Assembly: GCF_035285525.1 (NCBI RefSeq)
Contig: NZ_JAYKGW010000216.1
Location: 1 to 6,000, forward strand
Reading direction: 5' to 3'
Length of the DNA stretch: 6,000 nt
From: Okeania sp.
GTDB lineage: Bacteria > Cyanobacteriota > Cyanobacteriia > Cyanobacteriales > Microcoleaceae
Positions within the stretch are counted from its first letter, which is position 1; every line of letters starts with the position of its first letter. Made by a program: the position numbers and the translations under genes. The notes under the pieces are model-generated. The model was given only the letters and a program-made list of their open reading frames with translations. It searched no databases and was not told where the DNA came from. Below, in pieces: positions 1 to 5,092 of this stretch.

Positions 1-103
1 ACCCAACCTACAAACTTATAACATAAGTTGGATTGAGTCACGAAACCCAACAGATATATAATCTTTTCCTTGGGTTGACGAAAGGAAACCCAACCTACAA
101 ACT
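1..103. repeat. Edge-truncated short repeats: 16-nt direct repeat plus GAAACCCAAC copies, each with a small hairpin
   Basis: ACCCAACCTACAAACT occurs at 1-16 and 88-103. GAAACCCAAC occurs at 42-51 and 85-94. Small hairpins form at GTTGG(27-31)/CCAAC(47-51) and TTGGGTT(70-76)/AACCCAA(87-93). Confidence 0.6.
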
Positions 104-208
104 AAACTTGACAATTTGCCAAAATCAAGATAATAAGGCTGGTTTATTGTGGAGTTTTTGTTTTTGAAAGATAATATCATGTCCGGTTGAGTAATTAGAT
201 TTTCGTGG

Positions 209-246
209 AAGGAAAAAGGCAGAAGCTTTTCTGCCATTTTCACCTT
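209..246. terminator. Putative bidirectional intrinsic terminator hairpin
   Basis: GGCAGAA (218-224) pairs with TTCTGCC (229-235) around the loop GCTT. An A5 run lies upstream (213-217) and ATTTT downstream (236-240). The stem can extend through AAGG (209-212) and CCTT (243-246). On the minus strand the hairpin is followed by CTTTTTCC. Confidence 0.5.
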
Positions 247-292
247 AATTTTATACACGCACGGTGCCCGAAAAATTCGATGCTACCGGACA

Positions 293-301
293 TGATATAA
301 T
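293..301 (+). promoter_or_regulatory. Extended -10-like element TGaTATAAT
   Basis: Exact TGnTATAAT at 293-301, inside the right arm of the 171-301 palindrome. No good -35. The left arm reads TGaTATTAT on the minus strand, facing leftward. Confidence 0.3.
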
Positions 302-338
302 ATAGAATCTGAATAATTAGTTGATGAAAAACTTTATA

Positions 339-382
339 CCTTCTCACCCTATTCCTTCCCTTCTCCCTTCTACCTTCCTTTC
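339..382 (+). repeat. G-free polypyrimidine (CT-rich) tract, degenerate CTTCTCC-like heptamers
   Basis: CCTTCTCACCCTATTCCTTCCCTTCTCCCTTCTACCTTCCTTTC: 44 nt with no G and only 3 A. Confidence 0.7.
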
Positions 383-395
383 GCTGCAGACATAC

Positions 396-425
396 TTGAT
401 TAGTAAAAATGTTATATAATATACT
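396..425 (+). promoter_or_regulatory. Candidate sigma70-type promoter for the large CDS
   Basis: TTGATT (396-401), an 18-nt spacer, then TATACT (420-425). The AT-rich context contains several overlapping -10-like hexamers, so the assignment is weak. Confidence 0.25.
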
Positions 426-477
426 TATTCCTAAAACAGGGAACAGGGGAAGACGCGGATAAAAAGTCAGAATAAAT

Positions 478-538
478 CCGGTTTCTGGGTTTGCCTAAAC
501 ACGCAAAGAAACCCGGTTTTTTCCGAGAAACCGGGTTT
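478..538 (+). repeat. Cluster of three AAACC(C)GGTTT-type palindromic motifs with an 11-bp perfect hairpin
   Basis: The motifs are CCGGTTTCTGGGTTT (478-492), AAACCCGGTTT (509-519) and AAACCGGGTTT (528-538). 509-519 pairs perfectly with 528-538. A T6 run lies at 517-522. Confidence 0.6.
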
Positions 539-548
539 ATGGGTAACA

Positions 549-689
549 CTTCCCACAGTTCCCATTGCTGATGACTGATAACTGAAAAAACTCCCTACTC
601 CCATTGCTGATAACTGATAACTGATAACTGAAAAAGCTCCCTGCTCCCATTGCTGATAACTGATAACTAATAACTGATAACTGAAAAAG
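549..689 (+). repeat. Nested tandem repeat: three 42/46/53-nt units, each a CTCCC..CCCATTG head plus 2/3/4 CTGATAA heptamers and a CTGAAAA tail
   Basis: The units are 549-590, 591-636 and 637-689. Heptamers: 568-581 (CTGATGA, CTGATAA), 607-627 (3 x CTGATAA) and 653-680 (CTGATAA, CTGATAA, CTAATAA, CTGATAA). The array ends 14 nt before the ATG at 704. Confidence 0.9.
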
Positions 690-703
690 AGGCTAAAGAA
701 GCA

Positions 704-3700
704 ATGAAACCAATAGAATCTGAAAAAACATGGCAGATTATTCTTGAAGCAGTGCCAGTAGGAATACTAATTAGTCGTGCATTTGATGGTGTAATTCTTT
801 TTAGTAATCAACTGTTTAGACGAACTTTTGGACTCCCTAATGAAATATTAATTGGTAGTCCTCAATCAAATCTTTACTCTAATTCTGAAGAATATAAACT
901 ATTGTTAAGAAATCTTTATCAAAAAACTGTTGTGTGCGATTGCACAATAGAACAAATGTGCTATCGCCAAGTTAGCTTCAAGAAACCAGATGGGAGAAAA
1001 TTCTGTGCTCATGTTTCAATGAGTTTTGTTGATTTTCATGGGGAAACTGCCATCCTATCCACATTTTTAAATATTCCCGAACCACAACTTACTCAAAAAT
1101 CCCTGCAAAGACAAGCTTTAACTTTTGAACATCTCTACGATGGGGTGATCCAGACCGATATGGAAGGTCGCATTATTGAATGGAGTCCAGCAGCAACTAG
1201 AATGTTTGGTTACAAAAAATATGAAGTCCTGGGAAAGACTCCAGCTATTCTACACAAACCAGAAGAAGCTTCTGTCTTGATGCCAGAAATAATTGAGCAG
1301 ATCAAGACAAATGGTAAGTGGGTAGGACAAATTCACTTTGTTCGCAAAGATGGTAGTGAGGGAATATCTGAAACCAGGGTGGTACCAATGGTAGATAAAT
1401 TTCAGCAAATTGTGGGGACTATTGGAGTTAACCGTGATATTACGGAACAAAAACGAGCGCAAGACAACGAAAATAAATTGTTAGAGTCCCTCAAATATAG
1501 GGAACATCTACAGACAGCAGTAGCGTCGGTTGGACAAAAGGCGCTGGAAACATCAAATATTTATCAATTATTCGATCTCACAGTTACTATAGTTGCCAAA
1601 ACTTTAAATGTGAAATTTAGCAAAGTGTTGGAGTTATTACCTGGTAGTCATGCTTTTCTCCTGGCTGCGGGTGTAGGTTGGCGAAAAAACTTAGTCGGTA
1701 AAGCTACGGTTAGTGCTGAGGCGAAATCTCAAGCTGGTTATACTCTTTTAGTAAATAAGCCAGTTATTGTCAAGGATTTACTGATAGAAACACGGTTTCC
1801 TGGTTCGCCTTTGTTACATAACCATCGGGTGGTTAGTGGTGTAACTATAATCATTCCTAATTTAATAATTAAAGAATCTCAAAATCAGAGTTTCCATAAT
1901 GTTCAACCTGCTTGGGGTGTTTTGGGAGTTCATTCTAGACAGGAGCGAGAGTTTAGCCAAGATGATATTTATTTTCTGGAAGCGATCGCTAATATTTTGG
2001 CAACTGCCATCGAACGTCATACCAATGAAGAATATCTGCAACTGATGAAACGAGCTATTGATAGTAGCAATAATGGTATCGTTATTACTGATGCTACTGA
2101 ATCAGATAACCCAATTATTTATGCTAACCCCAGTTTCCAGAATCTGACAGGCTATAAATTTGAGGAATTAATCGGAAAAAATTGTCGGATGTTACAAGGA
2201 AAATCAACAGATAGACAAACAATTAAAAAAATGAAAAAAGCCATTTTACATGGTGAAGAATGTCATGTAGTTTTAAAGAATTTTCGGAAAGATGGTACGG
2301 ACTTTTGGAATGAATTATTTATTGCTCCAGTTTATAATTCTCAACAACATTTAACCAATTTTATTGGGATACAAAAAGATATTACTGAAAGATTACGTTG
2401 GGAAAAAGAATTATTGATTAAAACTCAAGCCTTAGAAAAATTTAGTTCTAGCTTAAAAGAATTACATAGAATTGCTACTTATAACCACAACAATATAGAA
2501 GAACTTTTTACTGATTATCTTCAGGCTGGTTGTAAAATTTTCGAGACTGAGACTGGAGTTATTGGGGAAGTAAAAGGTAAATTATTTACTATTAAATCTG
2601 TACAATCAAATCTGGATTATTTTTCATCAGGAAGAGTATTTAAGTTATCCGATATTTTATGTGCAAAAACAGTAGCAGAACAAAAAACAATCTTTAGTAA
2701 TGAATTAGAAGAATCAGAAACAAAAGGTATGCCGATAAAATTATATATTGGCACTCCTATATTTGTAAATCATCAAATTTATGGTACTTTATCCTTTTCC
2801 TCTCCTCAAGCTAGAAGTAGAGAATTTGAGTATCACGAACAGGAAATTATTGAATTAATGGCTCAAATTATTGGGAAATTTATTGAAATTTCTCAAAAAG
2901 AATTAGAGCAACAAAAAACTTTGGTAGCACTGCGAGAAAGTGAAAAACGTTACCGTCTTTTAGTAGAGTCTTCTCCCGAAGCGATCGCTGTAATTTGCCT
3001 GGAAAAATTTGTTTATATAAACACTGCTGGAGCTAAATTATTAGGAGCAGAATCTCCCAAGAACATTCTTGGTAAATCAATCTGGAAATTTATTCTCCCA
3101 GAATATATAGAAGCAGAAAAACAGCGACTAGAAGAAGTTCAGAAACGAAAACAACAAACAAATTTAGAAGAAGAAAAATTAATCAGAGAAGATGGAAAAG
3201 TCATTGATGTAGAAATAACTGGAATCCCTTATAATTATAATGGCATAGCAGCAACCCAAATAATTATTCGAGATATTACCAAACAAAAACAAGCCCAAGA
3301 AAAACTGCTCTATGATGCACTTCACGATACACTGACAGGTTTACCCAACCGTGCCTTGTTTTTTGACCGACTTAAACTAGCATTACATCGGTCTAAACAA
3401 CACCCAGACTATGAGTTTGCTGTTCTCTTCTTAGACCTAGATCGCTTTAAAGTAATTAACGACAGTTTAGGACATAATATAGGAGATAAACTATTAGTAG
3501 AGATCAGCAAACGATTACTAAACTGTATCAAAGCTTCAGATACTCTGGCGAGGTTAGGAGGAGACGAATTTACCATTTTGTTAGAGTATCCACCAGATAT
3601 TAGCTATGCTGCCATGATAGCCATAAAAATTAATCAACAACTTGCTAAACCAATTTACATCGAAGGACATGAAATCTTTACTACAGCAAGTATTGGAATT

Positions 3701-4825
3701 GTTGGTAGTCGTGGTAATTTTGTCGAGGGTGTTGATGAAAATAATCCCGATCTTTGTCCTGTTTACAATAATCCAGAAGACCTGCTGCGAGATGCTGATC
3801 TTGCCATGTATCGAGCTAAAGCTTTGGGTAAAGCTAGACATGAGATATTTGATTTGACAATGCACAGTCAAGCTCTCTCATTATTAGAGTTAGAAAACGA
3901 TCTCAGACGAGCTGTCGAATTGATTAAACAAGACCCAGCTAATTCTCAATTCATATTAAATTATCAACCAATAGTCTGTTTATCTACGGGTAAAATTACA
4001 GGTTTTGAAGCTTTGGTAAGGTGGCATCATCCCAGTAAAGGTTTAATTTCTCCAGGTAAGTTTATTCCCTTAGCTGAAGAAACAGGTTTAATTATTCCTT
4101 TGGGAATGTGGATATTACGAGCTGCTTGTCAACAATTAACTATTTGGCAGAAAGAATTTAACTGTCCAGATATAGAATCTCATCAGAAATTAACCAAAAA
4201 TCAAACTACAGAAATATCTCAAATATATAATTGTTTACCTCAGAAACAAAATAACAAATGTCCTTGTATTTGCTCTGTAGATGATTCTATTTATCAATTT
4301 CCTACCTCATTAACTATGAGTGTTAATCTTTCTAGTAAACAACTTTCTCAACCACATTTAGCAACAGAAATTGAGGAGATTTTACAACAAACAAATTGCC
4401 AGCCTAATTCTTTAAAATTAGAGATAACAGAAACATTAATTATGGAAAATATTGCTTCAGCAACTGAAGTATTGAACCAACTAAAAAAACGAAATATTAA
4501 ATTATCAATAGATGATTTTGGTACAGGTTATTCATCATTAAGTTATCTACATCAATTTCCCATTGATACCCTAAAAATTGACCGTTCTTTTGTAAGTAGA
4601 TTAAAGCCAGATATGACTGGTCAACCGCCAAAAATTGTTAGTGCAATTATTGGATTAGCTCATAATTTAGGTTTAGAAGTAATAGCAGAAGGAATAGAAA
4701 CCGAATATCAAATGAAACAATTACAACAGTTTAAGGGTGATAAAGGGCAAGGATATTGGTTTTCTCAACCATTGGAAAGTCGCTATGCAACCTCACTACT
4801 GCGCAATTTTAAGTATCAAGTCTAG
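704..4825 (+). CDS. Multi-sensor c-di-GMP turnover protein, PAS-PAS-GAF-LOV(PAS)-GAF-PAS-GGDEF-EAL, 1373 aa
   Basis: Single uninterrupted 4122-nt ORF. The ATG at 704 is preceded by GAGG (689-692), and the CTGATAA repeats upstream put stop codons in all three frames. The translation shows in order: PAS (aa ~8-122), PAS (aa ~138-252), GAF (aa ~270-438), LOV-type PAS (aa ~447-562, GKNCRMLQG), GAF (aa ~580-730), PAS (aa ~742-862), GGDEF (aa ~868-1050, RLGGDEF) and EAL (aa ~1061-1357; FEALVRW, VNLS, EITE, DDFGTGYSS, KIDRSF, AEGIE, QGY). No obvious hydrophobic transmembrane stretch, so probably cytoplasmic. Confidence 0.95.
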   Translation: MKPIESEKTWQIILEAVPVGILISRAFDGVILFSNQLFRRTFGLPNEILIGSPQSNLYSNSEEYKLLLRNLYQKTVVCDCTIEQMCYRQVSFKKPDGRKFCAHVSMSFVDFHGETAILSTFLNIPEPQLTQKSLQRQALTFEHLYDGVIQTDMEGRIIEWSPAATRMFGYKKYEVLGKTPAILHKPEEASVLMPEIIEQIKTNGKWVGQIHFVRKDGSEGISETRVVPMVDKFQQIVGTIGVNRDITEQKRAQDNENKLLESLKYREHLQTAVASVGQKALETSNIYQLFDLTVTIVAKTLNVKFSKVLELLPGSHAFLLAAGVGWRKNLVGKATVSAEAKSQAGYTLLVNKPVIVKDLLIETRFPGSPLLHNHRVVSGVTIIIPNLIIKESQNQSFHNVQPAWGVLGVHSRQEREFSQDDIYFLEAIANILATAIERHTNEEYLQLMKRAIDSSNNGIVITDATESDNPIIYANPSFQNLTGYKFEELIGKNCRMLQGKSTDRQTIKKMKKAILHGEECHVVLKNFRKDGTDFWNELFIAPVYNSQQHLTNFIGIQKDITERLRWEKELLIKTQALEKFSSSLKELHRIATYNHNNIEELFTDYLQAGCKIFETETGVIGEVKGKLFTIKSVQSNLDYFSSGRVFKLSDILCAKTVAEQKTIFSNELEESETKGMPIKLYIGTPIFVNHQIYGTLSFSSPQARSREFEYHEQEIIELMAQIIGKFIEISQKELEQQKTLVALRESEKRYRLLVESSPEAIAVICLEKFVYINTAGAKLLGAESPKNILGKSIWKFILPEYIEAEKQRLEEVQKRKQQTNLEEEKLIREDGKVIDVEITGIPYNYNGIAATQIIIRDITKQKQAQEKLLYDALHDTLTGLPNRALFFDRLKLALHRSKQHPDYEFAVLFLDLDRFKVINDSLGHNIGDKLLVEISKRLLNCIKASDTLARLGGDEFTILLEYPPDISYAAMIAIKINQQLAKPIYIEGHEIFTTASIGIVGSRGNFVEGVDENNPDLCPVYNNPEDLLRDADLAMYRAKALGKARHEIFDLTMHSQALSLLELENDLRRAVELIKQDPANSQFILNYQPIVCLSTGKITGFEALVRWHHPSKGLISPGKFIPLAEETGLIIPLGMWILRAACQQLTIWQKEFNCPDIESHQKLTKNQTTEISQIYNCLPQKQNNKCPCICSVDDSIYQFPTSLTMSVNLSSKQLSQPHLATEIEEILQQTNCQPNSLKLEITETLIMENIASATEVLNQLKKRNIKLSIDDFGTGYSSLSYLHQFPIDTLKIDRSFVSRLKPDMTGQPPKIVSAIIGLAHNLGLEVIAEGIETEYQMKQLQQFKGDKGQGYWFSQPLESRYATSLLRNFKYQV
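725..1069 (+). other. PAS domain 1 (divergent), approximate bounds
   Basis: aa ~8-122: WQIILEAVPVGILISRAFDGVILFSNQLFRRTFGLP ... FKKPDGRKFCAHVSMSFVDFHGETAILSTFLNI. This is the typical PAS N-cap and beta-sheet pattern. No cofactor motif recognised. Confidence 0.6.
1115..1459 (+). other. PAS domain 2, approximate bounds
   Basis: aa ~138-252: FEHLYDGVIQTDMEGRIIEWSPAATRMFGYKKYEVLGK ... FVRKDGSEGISETRVVPMVD ... IGVNRDITEQKRAQ, a classic PAS/PAC pattern. Confidence 0.8.
1511..2017 (+). other. GAF domain 1 (no bilin-binding signature), approximate bounds
   Basis: aa ~270-438: IYQLFDLTVTIVAKTLNVKFSKVLELLPG ... SQAGYTLLVNKPVIVKDLLIETRFPGSPLLHNHRVVSGVTIIIP ... WGVLGVHSRQEREFSQDDIYFLEAIANILATAIER. This GAF type is common in multi-sensor proteins, and the domain contains no cysteine. 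Confidence 0.8.
2042..2389 (+). other. LOV (light-oxygen-voltage) flavin-binding PAS domain
   Basis: aa 447-562: NGIVITDATESDNPIIYANPSFQNLTGYKFEELIGKNCRMLQGKSTD ... VLKNFRKDGTDFWNELFIAPV ... FIGIQKDITE. It matches the LOV signature GxNCRFLQG..TD with one F-to-M change. The adduct Cys is C494 (TGT, 2183-2185). Flavin-contact positions R495, Q498, N526, N536 and Q557 are all present. Confidence 0.85.
2441..2893 (+). other. GAF domain 2 (GAF_2-like), approximate bounds
   Basis: aa ~580-730: ELFTDYLQAGCKIFETETGVIGEV ... KLSDILCAKTV ... KLYIGTPIFVNHQIYGTLSFSSPQARSREFEYHEQEIIELMAQIIGKFIE. The YIG.P+.V.G..+GTL.F.S pattern is typical of GAF modules next to GGDEF proteins. Confidence 0.65.
2927..3289 (+). 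other. PAS domain 4, approximate bounds
   Basis: aa ~742-862: ALRESEKRYRLLVESSPEAIAVICLEKFVYINTAGAKLLGAESPKNILGKSIWKFI ... LIREDGKVIDVEITGIPYNYNG ... IIIRDITKQKQAQ (S-box-type PAS). Confidence 0.8.
3305..3853 (+). other. GGDEF diguanylate cyclase domain, active-site motif intact
   Basis: aa ~868-1050: DALHDTLTGLPNRALFFDRL ... FAVLFLDLDRFKVINDSLGHNIGDKLL ... ARLGGDEFTILL (GGDEF at 3557-3571) ... SIGIV ... LLRDADLAMYRAKALGK. The I-site position reads KASD (3530-3541), not RxxD. Confidence 0.9.
3884..4774 (+). other. EAL c-di-GMP phosphodiesterase domain, catalytic residues intact, with an internal ~50-aa insertion
   Basis: aa ~1061-1357: YQPIV ... GFEALVRW (EAL codons 4007-4015) ... FIPLAEETGLI ... 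VNLS ... LKLEITE ... SIDDFGTGYSSLSYL ... LKIDRSFV ... VIAEGIETEYQ ... QGYWFSQPL. A non-EAL segment at aa 1152-1201 (4157-4306) interrupts it. Confidence 0.9.
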
Positions 4826-4838
4826 GGAGCTTTTTAGT

Positions 4839-4867
4839 CCGTAGGGGTTTGGTCTCCAAACCCTCTT
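4839..4867 (+). repeat. 29-nt hairpin-forming repeat, copy 1 (possible terminator of the large CDS)
   Basis: CCGTAGGGGTTTGGTCTCCAAACCCTCTT. The stem is GGGTTTGG (4845-4852) with CCAAACCC (4856-4863), loop TCT. It starts 14 nt after the stop codon and has no clear U-tract. Confidence 0.75.
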
Positions 4868-4884
4868 GAATGGGCAAAAACCCC

Positions 4885-4910
4885 ATATCATATTAAATCC
4901 GGTAGCATCG
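4885..4910 (+). repeat. Copy of the ATATCATGTCCGGTAGCATCG motif family (G replaced by ATTAAA)
   Basis: ATATCAT-ATTAAA-TCCGGTAGCATCG, compared with the reverse complement of 278-298, ATATCAT-G-TCCGGTAGCATCG. Confidence 0.7.
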
Positions 4911-4923
4911 GTATAATTTCCAA

Positions 4924-4952
4924 CCGTAGGGGTTTGGTCTCCAAACCCTCTT
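4924..4952 (+). repeat. 29-nt hairpin-forming repeat, copy 2
   Basis: Identical 29-mer 85 nt downstream of copy 1, with stem 4930-4937/4941-4948. Confidence 0.75.
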
Positions 4953-5015
4953 CAAGCTGTTAATGAACCACATCACCACAACCAAAATATCGTAGGGAGT
5001 TAGGTTTTTTCTTTC

Positions 5016-5040
5016 ATATCATGTCCGCTGGTATTGGAGC
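5016..5040 (+). repeat. Further copy of the ATATCATGTCCG motif
   Basis: ATATCATGTCCG (5016-5027) is identical to 174-185. The tail CTGGTATTGGAGCG is loosely similar to GTAGCATCG. Confidence 0.6.
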
Positions 5041-5092
5041 GTGTAAAAAGTAAGGGAAATATCTACCTTCTGTAAGGTTTTTCCAATAATAA

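Larger units (their letters stand above)
171..301. repeat. 131-nt palindromic module: 17-nt inverted repeat arms (16/17) around a central hairpin
   Basis: The arms are ATAATATCATGTCCGGT (171-187) and ACCGGACATGATATAAT (285-301). The centre holds the 218-235 hairpin. Confidence 0.7.

Noticed and set aside
1-103. Possible CRISPR array fragment at the left edge
   Set aside because: The repeat period (87 nt for the 16-mer, about 43 nt for the 8-10-mer) and the sequence similarity between the would-be spacers and repeats do not fit a repeat-spacer structure. No cas genes are in the window.
16-258. 80-aa minus-strand ORF from the six-frame track
   Set aside because: It starts at GTG rather than ATG, and I noted no Shine-Dalgarno sequence. 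The translation is low-complexity and K/L/F/S-rich with no recognisable motif. It also runs through the 218-235 terminator hairpin, one arm of the 171-301 palindrome and the left-edge repeats. It is most likely a chance ORF in AT-rich intergenic DNA.
396-420. TTGATT (396-401) paired with TATAAT (415-420) as a promoter
   Set aside because: The spacer is only 13 nt, too short for a sigma70-type promoter. The TATACT (420-425) pairing with an 18-nt spacer is kept as a weak candidate instead.
1250-1462. 70-aa minus-strand ORF inside the large CDS
   Set aside because: It is fully embedded antisense to a well-supported PAS domain coding region and has no motifs. This is a typical shadow ORF.
1511-2893. 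GAF domains as bilin-binding (phytochrome or cyanobacteriochrome) photosensors
   Set aside because: GAF1 contains no cysteine at all. The cysteines of GAF2 (C610 in AGCKIF, C653 in ILCAKT) are not in a Cys-His context or other recognisable CBCR or phytochrome chromophore motifs. The only supported photosensor is the LOV domain.
3581-3871. 96-aa minus-strand ORF and the 71-aa plus-strand out-of-frame ORF (3642-3857)
   Set aside because: Both overlap the GGDEF domain coding region, whose frame is unambiguous from conserved motifs. Their translations are low-complexity with no recognisable features.
5065-5083. Small hairpin ACCTT-CTGT-AAGGT followed by TTTT as a terminator
   Set aside because: The stem is only 5 bp and weak, and no identifiable upstream transcription unit ends there.
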